Origin: an uncultured bacterium
Lineage (GTDB): Bacteria > Latescibacterota > Latescibacteria > Latescibacterales > Latescibacteraceae
Reading direction: 5' to 3'
NCBI GenBank assembly: GCA_964497605.1
Contig: CAZCDQ010000001.1
Span: 1-62,717 of the forward strand
Length of the DNA: 62,717 nucleotides
A program made the position numbers and the translations under genes. Below the pieces are notes generated by a model that ran no database searches, was not told the DNA's origin, and saw only the letters and a list, made by a program, of their open reading frames with translations. This document shows, in pieces, positions 18,819 to 29,079 of this stretch (the first letter of the stretch is position 1; every line of letters starts with the position of its first letter).

Positions 18819-19620
18819 TCAAATTCCTCGATAACTCGTACAAACGTGAATATTTCATAAAAATATACCACGCGCCCATCATCGATGCAAAAAAACCGGG
18901 TTCAAAATCCATGAAACCGGCTTTCAATATGTACATCTTTAAAAACTTCAGAACCGGTCTTATAAAAATGCCCGGAATGTTCGTTTTTCGTCCTTTCGAC
19001 GCCTCGCGTTCCGCCCAAATTTCAGCATATCGACCGATGGTTGCGAGATGGTCGCTGAGATCGGCGTAGGGTCGATGGAGCAGATCGCCTGAAAGAGTTC
19101 CTGGAATGCCATTTCCCGAGAGTCTTTCGTGAATGGCCTCTCCAATCCACCGCGCTGCGCCCTTTCTCGACAGCCGTTCGCGGTATTCTGGATACCATCC
19201 ACAGTGTTTCATCCACCGTCCCATATACCACGTTTTTCGGGTCACCCGATAGACATCAGCCGTATCTCGTTTCGTTTCGCCGCGAACGATATTCTCAATT
19301 GAGCTGCGAAGTTCCGGTGTCATTTCCTCATCGGCGTCAAGGTTGAACACCCATTCGCCGCTGCACAATTCCATCGCGTGATTCTTCTGCTCAATAAAAT
19401 TATTAAACGCATGGCATTCGACTTTTGTTCCATATTTACGGGCTATTTGAACCGTTTTGTCGGTACTGCCCGAGTCCAGCAGGATGATTTCATCCATCCA
19501 CCGGACGCTTTCCAGGGCGCGCCCGATATTTTCCTGTTCGTCTCTGGTTATAATATATGCCGAAATGACCGGTTTTGCGTTCGAATTATCGTCGTTCATT
19601 ACATATCCCGGCGCTTCCAT
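18790..19620 (-). CDS. Glycosyltransferase family 2
   Basis: GT-A motifs ISAYIITRDE, LDSGSTDKT and DADE. The 3' end overlaps the GT4 start by 29 nt. Confidence 0.85.
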   Translation of the reverse strand: MEAPGYVMNDDNSNAKPVISAYIITRDEQENIGRALESVRWMDEIILLDSGSTDKTVQIARKYGTKVECHAFNNFIEQKNHAMELCSGEWVFNLDADEEMTPELRSSIENIVRGETKRDTADVYRVTRKTWYMGRWMKHCGWYPEYRERLSRKGAARWIGEAIHERLSGNGIPGTLSGDLLHRPYADLSDHLATIGRYAEIWAEREASKGRKTNIPGIFIRPVLKFLKMYILKAGFMDFEPGFFASMMGAWYIFMKYSRLYELSRNLNEITDGRSY

Positions 19621-19643
19621 CTCACCGACCTGTATTAGATCGG

Positions 19644-20153
19644 CTATCCGGCGAAATTATCTCTGGCGTCGGCAAAAATCGACTGTTTAATACGGTCGAT
19701 CTCCCGTTTAATCTCCCCGAACACCTCAAGGTAAATGTCGAGACTCATCCCGATTGGATCAATTACTGTCCGGTCGGGATTTTTCAGCGGTCTATCACTG
19801 TTATAGCTTTTCAACTCATACACTGTTTCAAATCCGGGCCAATACTGATTGATAATCGCCGTATGAGCAGAATCCATCGTGAGCATTAGATCTGCCGATT
19901 CCACAATTGAGCCCGAAAGCTGTTTTGAGCGATGCGACTTTATATCAATTCCATGTTGCGCGGCAGCTTGTACCGCATATTCCGAGGCGGAAAATCCCTC
20001 AACTGCGCTCGTTCCGGCAGAAGAAACTCTCATCGGCAGTGGCGCTTCACCCGATTCGATTTCGTCCAAAATGCAGTCTTTCATAATCCCCTCAGCCATG
20101 GGACTTCTGCAAATATTGCCGGTGCATACGAATACGAGATGAAAATTATTCAT
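19644..20153 (-). CDS. Low-molecular-weight protein-tyrosine phosphatase
   Basis: P-loop VCTGNICRSPMAEG (CX5R-S) at the N-terminus and a downstream DP (VIDPIG). 169 aa. Confidence 0.9.
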   Translation of the reverse strand: MNNFHLVFVCTGNICRSPMAEGIMKDCILDEIESGEAPLPMRVSSAGTSAVEGFSASEYAVQAAAQHGIDIKSHRSKQLSGSIVESADLMLTMDSAHTAIINQYWPGFETVYELKSYNSDRPLKNPDRTVIDPIGMSLDIYLEVFGEIKREIDRIKQSIFADARDNFAG

Positions 20154-20285
20154 CGATACTCTCAGGATCGGTATGAGAAAATTTTAAGTAACTTAATAAA
20201 AAAACAATTGTCTGTCAATAAAAAACACAAGATTTGCGAAATATTAAAATATTAAATACAATATATAGTATAAATATATAGCCGG

Positions 20286-21395
20286 TCATTGCAACCAACC
20301 GCCGAATCCGGCATAGTATTTTATTTCCTCTATGCGATCAGAAGGGCTCGCGACGATGAAATACAGGTCGGTCTGCGGCATGTACGGGAGATCAGTGTTG
20401 ATACCGAATCCGAGTCCGATACCTGTTTTTATATCGTTGGTCTGTGGTTTCAGGTCTTTTAGTGTGGAACCGCCTTTGACACGGCCGAAATCAATTTGCA
20501 CAATGGCATTCAGCTTTCTGAACTCGGTATTGCCGATATTGAACGTATAGTCGGGGGAAGGCATATATTCGAACAGGTTCTGCATGAAAAGCGCTTTACG
20601 TCCCCAAAATTCGTCATTTTCATATCCGATTAGTGTCCTGTCGCCTCCGATAAAAAACAGCGGTGAGTTCTGAGGAGTCAGATTTCCGTGAAAACCGAGT
20701 TTTCCTTTATACCTGACATGGTTTCGTATCTCTTTGAAATACTGAATCATCGTATCTAGCAGCATATAATTGTATTCCCCATGAAAAATCTTATAGGATC
20801 GCTCGATATCGATCGACAGAACAAACTTGTCCCAGCCGTTTTCACTATCTTCACTAATTGATTGATAGGTGTAAAACGCGTTTATAGAATTATCGCGGTA
20901 GTAGATAATATCGGTGCCCATCCGCCGTTTCGGTGCCCATTCGTTTTCAAATTTAAATTGCAGCCCGATCGTCACATTTTCGCTGTATTCGTGCATCAGG
21001 AAAGGCGTGACTGACTGTTTTCTGCTCCAGACGCCAGTCGAATCGTTGAATACACGTCGAAAAAACAGGTTGTCGTCGACCGAAATTCCCGGATTAACCT
21101 CATATTTTGTGAATACGTGGCTCATGCCGAATCCCATATCCTTACGGCGGTAATCGTAATCTGCGGTGATGCTGCTTTTTATCGTCTCGAACGATTTCTG
21201 AAACTGCAGATGGAATGCAAGATCAGGTATATTTACCGCATATTGATTTCCAGCCTTAAATTCAATTCGGCGCACTTTTATCTTAATAGGGCCGGATTCT
21301 CCCTGCGAACGTACATCGGAGGCGGAGACTACAAATACGATAATTATCAAAGAGATCCATAGCGATGTTAAAACTATGCGGCCGTTAAGTGTCAT
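20286..21395 (-). CDS. Omp85/BamA-superfamily-like outer-membrane beta-barrel protein (short form)
   Basis: N-terminal signal/TM, a POTRA-like segment (IKIKVRRIEFKAGN), beta-strand periodicity, and an L6-loop-like motif FFIGGDRTLIGY resembling the Omp85 GG..(V/I)RGY motif. The start overlaps the stop of the permease gene. Confidence 0.5.
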   Translation of the reverse strand: MTLNGRIVLTSLWISLIIIVFVVSASDVRSQGESGPIKIKVRRIEFKAGNQYAVNIPDLAFHLQFQKSFETIKSSITADYDYRRKDMGFGMSHVFTKYEVNPGISVDDNLFFRRVFNDSTGVWSRKQSVTPFLMHEYSENVTIGLQFKFENEWAPKRRMGTDIIYYRDNSINAFYTYQSISEDSENGWDKFVLSIDIERSYKIFHGEYNYMLLDTMIQYFKEIRNHVRYKGKLGFHGNLTPQNSPLFFIGGDRTLIGYENDEFWGRKALFMQNLFEYMPSPDYTFNIGNTEFRKLNAIVQIDFGRVKGGSTLKDLKPQTNDIKTGIGLGFGINTDLPYMPQTDLYFIVASPSDRIEEIKYYAGFGGWLQ

Positions 21396-23089
21396 TAGAA
21401 TTCCCGCCGTGCGAAAGAAGACGCACCGATTTTCAGCGGTGCGGTGATCGCAATTACATTGACGATTATTATCAGTGAAGTCGAAACGATTAGTTCGGTT
21501 TTGGGAAACGCTTCCCCTGCAACAAGATAGAGCGTATATTTGTACGCAGGTACCGCAAGCATCGAGACCATGAATCCAATATAGATCAGCGATATAACAA
21601 TGGTCAGAATACCACCCGGCCCCGAAACGATTTTGCTCGGATTATGCTCGTCAAAATCAGGAAATGTCGCGCCAAGTCCGATAGAGATACTCGATAGCGC
21701 GAGACTCATGAGAAATATTCCGCCGACCGTGAGCATCCGGTAGAGTCCTTCTATGTCCAGAAAGCTGCCTGATATCAACCCAACCACTTCCGCGATAACA
21801 AAAAACGCGGTAAAAGAGATGATAAATTTTTCTTTAAACAATGTCGCAGTCGAAAGCGGCGCCGATCCGGGCACCCAGAACGACCGTCCTTCGAGGCTGA
21901 TGGAGGGATAGATAAACCTGACCGAAAGCGTTGCGAGCACAAATCCGCAGAATCCGAAATTCATGATAAACAGGATTGTCCGCCACTGTTCAATTTCGAT
22001 ATCCTGTGGAATATACCGGAGATTGATGAAATATAACGCAAGAAGCGTCATGATGAGAAGAAACTGCGACCATTGACCCGGTTGCCGAAGAAAAAGCAGA
22101 ATATCTTTTTTCAGGAGCGCAGTTATCTGGGAGCCGGAAGAGCTGGTTAGTAATCCGGCCCTCGACCGTGCAGGAGACTCCGTTTGGTGCCGGAGCGTGC
22201 GGAACTGTTCCATCGAGACGAGCCATGTTCTGAAATAAGAACGTTCGACATAAAAATATAGCAGAGAAACAAAAAACAGTGCCGAGGATATAAGCGCAAA
22301 GGAATATAGCAAAAATTCCTTCGCGCTTTTCAGCACAAGCGCCCGGAGGCACTGAATAACCCAGAAATTCGGCGTGAACGGATTCGAGTTGATATTGAAA
22401 TTGTTAAGAAACAGGTTCAGCGCTCTGAAATCCTCGGTGAACTGAATTTCAAGCTGTGTCGGCTGGGAAAACGCGATTACGGCATATATCAAACCTGCAA
22501 AAATAACGGAAAATATGGCAATCAGCGATTTCATCCCCACATATTTCGAGGCGAGAATCCCGATAAGCGCAAGCATTGTTCCGATGGACGCCGCGATGAG
22601 CACAAACGGCAGCAATACCATGATTCCGGCAAGTGCGTATTGAACCGTGCCGAAATACTTGATTTTTGCATACGAATACAAAATCGGCAGCGCCATGACA
22701 AGAATCGCCCAGGAGCTGAATATGACAATGTCGAAGAATTTGCCGGTAAACAGGTTTTTCACCGATACCGGTGAACTGAACAGATATTCCGTCTCTGCCG
22801 AGCGGAACAGGGTGCCGAGCGAGGAAACGAATGCCGATACGATAAGGAGAATGAAAAATACCAGAAATCCTGCTGAGACAAGACGGTCGATAAGCAGCGA
22901 ACCAATGTCCTCGATGACTACAAGATATTCGAAAATGAGATGGTAGAAAAAAAGATACGAAACATAGATAAGTGCGAACAGGACGAGAAACATCGAGAGG
23001 TTCCGTATCACATATTTCGGCTGCCTGTCGAACAGAATCGCATTAAGAATGATTAGTTTTGTGCGGAGCAGTACCCTCAGTTCTTTCAT
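21395..23089 (-). CDS. Large polytopic membrane protein, putative ABC exporter permease
   Basis: 564 aa and highly hydrophobic (12 or more predicted TM stretches by eye). It lies directly downstream of an ABC ATPase gene. No other motif recognised. Confidence 0.6.
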   Translation of the reverse strand: MKELRVLLRTKLIILNAILFDRQPKYVIRNLSMFLVLFALIYVSYLFFYHLIFEYLVVIEDIGSLLIDRLVSAGFLVFFILLIVSAFVSSLGTLFRSAETEYLFSSPVSVKNLFTGKFFDIVIFSSWAILVMALPILYSYAKIKYFGTVQYALAGIMVLLPFVLIAASIGTMLALIGILASKYVGMKSLIAIFSVIFAGLIYAVIAFSQPTQLEIQFTEDFRALNLFLNNFNINSNPFTPNFWVIQCLRALVLKSAKEFLLYSFALISSALFFVSLLYFYVERSYFRTWLVSMEQFRTLRHQTESPARSRAGLLTSSSGSQITALLKKDILLFLRQPGQWSQFLLIMTLLALYFINLRYIPQDIEIEQWRTILFIMNFGFCGFVLATLSVRFIYPSISLEGRSFWVPGSAPLSTATLFKEKFIISFTAFFVIAEVVGLISGSFLDIEGLYRMLTVGGIFLMSLALSSISIGLGATFPDFDEHNPSKIVSGPGGILTIVISLIYIGFMVSMLAVPAYKYTLYLVAGEAFPKTELIVSTSLIIIVNVIAITAPLKIGASSFARREF

Positions 23090-23120
23090 ATCCTGTCTAT
23101 CCGTATCGTTTCGATTCTTG

Positions 23121-23888
23121 TTATAAATACGCTGTTTTCTTTATATTACCTGTCAGCTTCAGGAACAGGTTCTCGAGACTGCCGTCCTCCATTTCAGCTT
23201 TAGTCCGCAGGTCCTCGAGTGTGCCCTCCGCAGTAATAATTCCCTTATGGAGAATGATCATATGCTCGCAAAGTTCCTCGACCTCAGCGAGATTGTGCGA
23301 TGACATGAAGACTGTCGTTCCTTTAGCCTGAATCAGTTTCAGCATATCCTTTAGAAGCCGCTGGCTCGGTGGATCGAGACCGACTGTCGGCTCGTCCACA
23401 ATGATAAGTTCGGGATCGTGTAAAAACGCCGCCGACATGACAACTTTCTGTTTCATGCCGTGGGAGTATTCCTGGCTTTTACGGTGCATCCAGTTCTTCA
23501 TTTCGAATATATCCGAGAGCCATTCGATTTTTGCTTCGATGTCCTCGGGTTTCATTTTATATAATCCGCCGACAAAGCGCATGAATTCAACCGCCGACAG
23601 TTTTTCGTAAATAAACGGGACATCAGGGACATATCCGATGACCGACCGTACCGCCTCCGGTTCCTCTGCGACATTTTTGCCGCCGATACGGATTTCGCCA
23701 GAGTCTGGCCGGATTAGGCCGATCATGGATTTGATCGAGGTCGTTTTACCCGCGCCGTTGGGGCCGAGATACCCGAGAAACTCGCCCTGTTTCACCTTGA
23801 ACGATAGATCGTTGACCCCGTTTTCACCGTTGTAGTTTTTTGTTACATGTTCGAACGAAACCATGATATTGTTTTCGGATGTTTCCAT
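23121..23888 (-). CDS. ABC transporter ATP-binding protein (ABC-2/DrrA-like)
   Basis: Walker A GPNGAGKTT, Walker B IIVDEPTVGLD, H-loop SSHNL. Start moved to METSENN at 23888, which is preceded by AGAGAGAGG. The longer ORF start would overlap the upstream gene. Confidence 0.9.
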   Translation of the reverse strand: METSENNIMVSFEHVTKNYNGENGVNDLSFKVKQGEFLGYLGPNGAGKTTSIKSMIGLIRPDSGEIRIGGKNVAEEPEAVRSVIGYVPDVPFIYEKLSAVEFMRFVGGLYKMKPEDIEAKIEWLSDIFEMKNWMHRKSQEYSHGMKQKVVMSAAFLHDPELIIVDEPTVGLDPPSQRLLKDMLKLIQAKGTTVFMSSHNLAEVEELCEHMIILHKGIITAEGTLEDLRTKAEMEDGSLENLFLKLTGNIKKTAYL

Positions 23889-23919
23889 AACGCCTCTCTC
23901 TTTATTGTATAAACCGTTG

Positions 23920-25440
23920 TTACCTGTAATCGAGCACATTTATTTTAAGCGTCTGCGCAATACGCAGCAGTTCCACCAGCTTTTCGAATCCGCCGCGAAC
24001 AAGTGTGATATGGGTTGCGTCCACCGTATCCTGTCCGAGCGTTGGATCCATACTATTCCAAACGCCGTCCGCAAACACCGCCGGCCAACTGTGATAAATG
24101 AATCTGCCGTCGACATACAACAGCCCCATGTGAATCTCAGTCTTTATCCCAATTGAACGGGCCAGTGCGGTGAACAATTTTGTGTATTCGTCGCAGTCGC
24201 CTTTGAGATTACTGAGTATATCGACCGAACGTACCATATCGAGGCCGGGCATCCGCTCCATGTTGTTGTGCACCCAGCGGTTGATAGCCCGTGCGGCCTC
24301 AAGCGTATCGCGTACTGCTTCCCACTCGGGCACAATTTCACGGGCAGCACGGATGATTCGCGCATCTTTCGATTGAATATAATCGCTTATATTCACAAAT
24401 GTCGTATCAATATCCGATATCTGACTCTCACGGAACTTCACGTTTCCAGCGATGACCGGAGCATTATGAATTCCAAGTATGAGCGGATTGATCGAAACAA
24501 TGTTCTTGTTCGCATCGTTGAGATCGATATTTGCCGCCCTGATTCCTTCGAATTCGACCTCAAGGTATTCCGTGTCGCGAGGATTTTCAATAGGTCTGTC
24601 CGGCTCAACGGACAGCGCTTTTATAATGTCGTTTCCGGCGGTAACCTCGAGCGGAAGCCGGAATATTTCCGAACTCGAGGATTTTTCGATTTCAAGATTG
24701 TCGAATATGCCGCCGAACACCATATATTTATCTGCTTTTTTCAGCCTTCCGTTACCGAACCACATATTCGAACTGTTGTCGAGATAATGCACTTTATAGT
24801 GCTGCAGGTTTATATTCTCACCGTCGATTCTCTGTACCTCGAACCCGCGGCGTGCGCAATCGACAATATAGTTTGTGAACAAGATGGGATCGAATACCAT
24901 AAAATTCATATTCTCGGTACGGGTGTTGGTCATGAAATAGGGGAGGACATTCGGGAATGTGATTTTTTCGTTGACTATGAATGTGCCTTTCGTCCAGGGA
25001 GCAAACCGGTCCTTTTTCACCTCAATATTGAGACTGTCGCCGATAACCGTCGCTTTCATATCGTACATGTGATTACCCGACTGAATGCCAAATATTAGGG
25101 TATTCATCGTATTTGTGGTGGTGTCGATGGATGCGAGACTTTGGAAAAAAACCTCGCGGGAGAGGCCGGCGAGATTCATTTTTATCACGCTTTCCTCGCG
25201 CATGAGCAGCATCCCTAACTGATAAGCCCATGACTCGGATTTGTAGCCGATTTTTGTGCCGTTGCGGATGATAGAATAATATTCACGTTCTTCCGAACCG
25301 ATTTTGAAATCTGAGCTGATATATCCCAATTCGATTTCGGCGTCCGTCAACGAATGAGTATAATAAATCAGTCCCATTGAGACAAGAAAGAGAACTGTCG
25401 AAAGTATCAGCATGTGAACGGCTTTGAAACGTGCACGCAT
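23920..25440 (-). CDS. Membrane-anchored transglutaminase-like cysteine protease-fold protein
   Basis: N-terminal TM helix. The C-terminal transglutaminase core has a Cys (GDCDEYTKLF), a His (IYHSWP) and an Asp (WNSMDP). Confidence 0.8.
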   Translation of the reverse strand: MRARFKAVHMLILSTVLFLVSMGLIYYTHSLTDAEIELGYISSDFKIGSEEREYYSIIRNGTKIGYKSESWAYQLGMLLMREESVIKMNLAGLSREVFFQSLASIDTTTNTMNTLIFGIQSGNHMYDMKATVIGDSLNIEVKKDRFAPWTKGTFIVNEKITFPNVLPYFMTNTRTENMNFMVFDPILFTNYIVDCARRGFEVQRIDGENINLQHYKVHYLDNSSNMWFGNGRLKKADKYMVFGGIFDNLEIEKSSSSEIFRLPLEVTAGNDIIKALSVEPDRPIENPRDTEYLEVEFEGIRAANIDLNDANKNIVSINPLILGIHNAPVIAGNVKFRESQISDIDTTFVNISDYIQSKDARIIRAAREIVPEWEAVRDTLEAARAINRWVHNNMERMPGLDMVRSVDILSNLKGDCDEYTKLFTALARSIGIKTEIHMGLLYVDGRFIYHSWPAVFADGVWNSMDPTLGQDTVDATHITLVRGGFEKLVELLRIAQTLKINVLDYR

Positions 25441-25441
25441 A

Positions 25442-26092
25442 TTACACGACCTTTTTGATATCTGTCTGCGAAATGCTGCCCTCGCGAATAACCAATGGTG
25501 TATCAGTTGTCACATCGACAAGCGTACTGGGTTTACCGATGAGCAAACTGTTGTCTCCAATTACAATATCGGCCTTGCTGCTGAAAATTTCAAGAGCGTT
25601 TTCATACGTAGACACGGGCGGTTGACCGGACAAATTGGCGCTTGTTGAGGTAATGAAACCACCGAATACTTCGATGATTTCTGCTGCGACCGGATTCGAG
25701 GTTACCCTGAAAGCAATGCTCATCGCCGTCATCTGATCGCCTGCAGGATTGTCCTGTCCGGAAACGCTCATGACATGCCTGGAAATACCCTGATATCGTG
25801 CAATGACCGCAGGATCGGGACGTATGATCATTGTCAGCGGACCGGGCCAGAATGCATGGGCAAGTTTCATGGGAACCGTGCCGAGACTGCCGGTGATTTT
25901 TTCGATCTGATCGATAGAGTGCGCCAGAAGGAGCATGGGCTGGGGATTCGGGCGGCCTTTCATGCGTTGAATTCTCTCGCACGCATCCGTATTGAACGGA
26001 TCGCACCCGATACCATAGACTGTCTCAGTGGGATACACAATTATTCCGCCGCTTTTTAAAACATCGGCTGCATGTCTGATATCTCTTGACAT
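25442..26092 (-). CDS. tsaC: L-threonylcarbamoyladenylate synthase (YrdC/Sua5 domain)
   Basis: PTETVYGIGCD, KGRP, WPGPLT, TSANLSG and STLVDV motifs. Start set at MSRDIRH (26092) rather than the ORF start at 26155. Confidence 0.85.
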   Translation of the reverse strand: MSRDIRHAADVLKSGGIIVYPTETVYGIGCDPFNTDACERIQRMKGRPNPQPMLLLAHSIDQIEKITGSLGTVPMKLAHAFWPGPLTMIIRPDPAVIARYQGISRHVMSVSGQDNPAGDQMTAMSIAFRVTSNPVAAEIIEVFGGFITSTSANLSGQPPVSTYENALEIFSSKADIVIGDNSLLIGKPSTLVDVTTDTPLVIREGSISQTDIKKVV

Positions 26093-26224
26093 ATCTATTG
26101 AAATCCTGTTTGCACACTCGAAAAACTTACAAACTGGCACGAGAAACGTATACACCGAATAAAATGCTTGTATATACGGTTTTACGCGCGAATTGTGTGG
26201 TTGGTTCCAAACTCGTAACTATGT

Positions 26225-26674
26225 TTATTTCGATAAGCTTGCACGATAGTTTGCCAGCTTTTCCGCAAGGGTGTTATCAGCAAGTGAAAGAATTTGTACC
26301 GCGAGCAGCGCTGCGTTTTTCGCATTCGAAATCCCAACCGTTGCGACCGGAATGCCTTTTGGCATCTGTACGATTGCATAGAGAGCATCGACACCGTTGA
26401 GCGGACCGCCGGCGATGGGAACACCGATCACCGGCAACGTGGTATGAGCGGCAATTACACCCGGCAGGGCAGCAGCGAGGCCTGCACCTGCAATGATGAC
26501 TTTAATACCATTATCCGCAGCAGATTTCGCGAAATACGCCGTTGCTTCCGGCTGACGGTGCGCGGAGAGCACCCTGCTTTCGCATTCGATATTAAATTCA
26601 TTTAGGATGTCAATTGCACCTTTCATTACACTCTCGTCGGATGTGCTGCCGTAGATAACCGCTACTTTATTCAT
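26225..26674 (-). CDS. purE: 5-(carboxyamino)imidazole ribonucleotide mutase
   Basis: IYGSTSD, LSAHRQPE and AGAGLAAALPGV...PVIGVP motifs. 149 aa. Confidence 0.9.
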   Translation of the reverse strand: MNKVAVIYGSTSDESVMKGAIDILNEFNIECESRVLSAHRQPEATAYFAKSAADNGIKVIIAGAGLAAALPGVIAAHTTLPVIGVPIAGGPLNGVDALYAIVQMPKGIPVATVGISNAKNAALLAVQILSLADNTLAEKLANYRASLSK

Positions 26675-26689
26675 ACTGTTTCCTTTCCG

Positions 26690-27976
26690 TTAGTCGTTTG
26701 AAATGAGATGTTTTAAAGCTTTGTTTCCTATGTCATTACGATAATAGGCACCGTCAAAATTTATCATGCCCGCAGCCTCGTATGCCCGTTTCCGCGCCTC
26801 AGCGAAATCGGCGCCCCAACCGGTAACGCCGAGTACTCTGCCTCCTGCGGTGAAAATGTCCTCCGTATCGAATTTCGTTCCCGCGTGGAAAACCTTGACA
26901 CCTTCGATACTTTCAGCTTCGTCGATCCCGGTGATTTTTTTCCCTTTTTCATACGAACCGGGATACCCGCCAGATGCAATTACTAAACAAAGGGCGTAGC
27001 TGTTTAAAGATTTAACATACGATTTCGCAAGCGTGCCGTTTGCGCAGGCAAGCATGATCTCGGCAAGGTCGCCGTCCAGAAGGGGGAGGACTGCCTGCGT
27101 TTCGGGATCGCCGAACCGGCAGTTGTATTCGATGACTTTTGGGCCGTCGGCGGTAATGATAACGCCCGTATAGAGGAGGCCTTTATACGGCGCACCCTCT
27201 GTGGCCATGCCGTCCAGCGTGGGCTGTATGATCGTTTTCTCGATAACGCTCATGAGCTGCGTTGTGATAAGCGGAGTCGGTGCATATGCGCCCATACCGC
27301 CTGTGTTCGGGCCTTTATCGCCGTCAAAGATACGTTTATGATCCTGCGAGGCAACCAGTAGTTTGTATGTTGTGCCGTCGCAAAGTGCGAAGATAGACGC
27401 TTCCTCGCCCTCCATGTTCTCCTCGATGACCACCGAATGACCTGATTCGCCGAATTCATCCTCGACCATCATTCTGCGGAGGATGTTTTCCGCCTCGGTG
27501 GCATCGGGAGCGAATACCGCACCTTTTCCGGCGGCAAGCCCGCTCGCTTTGATCCACATCGCAGAACCGAGGGATTTTGAATAGGACACGGCGCGGTCGA
27601 AATTCTCGAAATCCTCGAATTGGGCTGTCGGGATATCGTATTTCCGCATGATACGTTTCGAGAATACTTTTGAACCCTCGATCATAGCGGCCTGCTGCGA
27701 GGGACCGAACACAGGAATGCCCGCCTCGTCGAGCAGGTCGGCGATACCCATGCAAAGGGGCACCTCCGGACCGACCGCAACAATGTCCATTTTTTCGTCA
27801 ACCGCATATTTGGCGATGCCGGTAACATCGTCGGCACCGATATCAACACATGTCGCAAGCGCAGAAATACCAGCATTGCCAGGAGCGGCATAGATATGTT
27901 TCACCTCTGTGCTCTGCGACAGCTTCCATACTATCGCATGTTCGCGTCCGCCGCCTCCGACTACAAGAATTTTCAT
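26690..27976 (-). CDS. purD: Phosphoribosylamine--glycine ligase
   Basis: MKILVVGGGGREHAI N-terminus, ATP-grasp core, and NCRFGDPETQ motif. 428 aa. Confidence 0.95.
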   Translation of the reverse strand: MKILVVGGGGREHAIVWKLSQSTEVKHIYAAPGNAGISALATCVDIGADDVTGIAKYAVDEKMDIVAVGPEVPLCMGIADLLDEAGIPVFGPSQQAAMIEGSKVFSKRIMRKYDIPTAQFEDFENFDRAVSYSKSLGSAMWIKASGLAAGKGAVFAPDATEAENILRRMMVEDEFGESGHSVVIEENMEGEEASIFALCDGTTYKLLVASQDHKRIFDGDKGPNTGGMGAYAPTPLITTQLMSVIEKTIIQPTLDGMATEGAPYKGLLYTGVIITADGPKVIEYNCRFGDPETQAVLPLLDGDLAEIMLACANGTLAKSYVKSLNSYALCLVIASGGYPGSYEKGKKITGIDEAESIEGVKVFHAGTKFDTEDIFTAGGRVLGVTGWGADFAEARKRAYEAAGMINFDGAYYRNDIGNKALKHLISND

Positions 27977-28022
27977 GATACCCCCTTGGTAAGATTCATA
28001 TATATAAACTATTACAATCCTA

Positions 28023-28937
28023 TTAAAGCCCGGTCTCTCTGAGAAACGTGTCGATGTTCCGCCAATCCTTGCGGACTTTCACATGAAGATCGAGATAGAC
28101 TTTACCGCCGAGAAATTCCTCGATCCCGAGACGGGCTTTTGTGCCGATTTTTTTAATTGTTGCGCCGTTTTTCCCGATGATGATGGGTTTCTGCGAGTTT
28201 TTTTCGACAATGATCGAGGCATGGATGACTGTCGTAGGGTCTTTTTCCTCATAGCTGTCGATAATTACGCCGCTTGAATAAGGGATTTCCTCGGAGGTAG
28301 AAAGGAAAATCGCTTCACGGATGATCTCAGCGACAAAGAACCGTTCCGGTTCAGTCGAAATCATATCGTCCGGATACAATTTTGGCGATACCGGAAGCTT
28401 GGTGAGCATCGTATCGAATAGAATATCCGTTCCGTTCCCGGTAAGTGCGGATATGGGGATGATGTCCGTTTCGGGATACAATTCCGCAGTCACTTTAATC
28501 ATTTCGAGTAGCGATTCTTTTTTGATGAGATCGATCTTATTGAGCGCAACGATGACATTTTTCGGTGCGATTTCCCGTGTGAATTCCGCAAACCGTTCCG
28601 AAAATCGGCCGGTGAACGAGGCAGCGTCGACCATAACAAGGATGAGATCGGCATCGGTAACAGCCTTTTTGACTAACGAGGCCATCACTTCCTGCATTTT
28701 GTATTTCGGTCTGAGTATGCCCGGTGTGTCGACAAATATAATCTGGTAATCGTTCCCGGAGAGAATCGTTGTCACATTCGCGCGCGTTGTCTGCGGTTTC
28801 GGCGTGACAATCGAGACTTTTTCCTTAAGATATCCGTTCATGAGCGTGGATTTACCGGCATTAGGCAAACCCACAATCGCCGTAAAGCCGCACACATGGT
28901 CCCTTTTACCGGATTGTGTTTCAGCATGAATGGTCAT
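28023..28937 (-). CDS. era: GTPase Era
   Basis: G1 GLPNAGKST, G3 DTPG, G4 NKID, and a C-terminal KH domain (IIGKNGATIKKIG). Confidence 0.95.
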   Translation of the reverse strand: MTIHAETQSGKRDHVCGFTAIVGLPNAGKSTLMNGYLKEKVSIVTPKPQTTRANVTTILSGNDYQIIFVDTPGILRPKYKMQEVMASLVKKAVTDADLILVMVDAASFTGRFSERFAEFTREIAPKNVIVALNKIDLIKKESLLEMIKVTAELYPETDIIPISALTGNGTDILFDTMLTKLPVSPKLYPDDMISTEPERFFVAEIIREAIFLSTSEEIPYSSGVIIDSYEEKDPTTVIHASIIVEKNSQKPIIIGKNGATIKKIGTKARLGIEEFLGGKVYLDLHVKVRKDWRNIDTFLRETGL

Positions 28938-29079
28938 ATAAACTTTCTGTTTCGGGGAATTCCGTTGAAACGAGCGTCGGCGTCCTCATACTGCCTGAAT
29001 GAAGAAAGACATTACCGTCCTTAAAAATTACAAAAAAACCGGTTAGTTTAAAAGGAATATTTTGGCCGGATCGGTTCAT

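Noticed and set aside
26225-26674. Unusual PurE (AAALPG instead of the common AAHLPG motif) as a possible class switch
   Set aside because: The catalytic SAHR His context and the overall class-I layout are intact, and a single conservative deviation is not enough to claim altered function. This needs a proper alignment.
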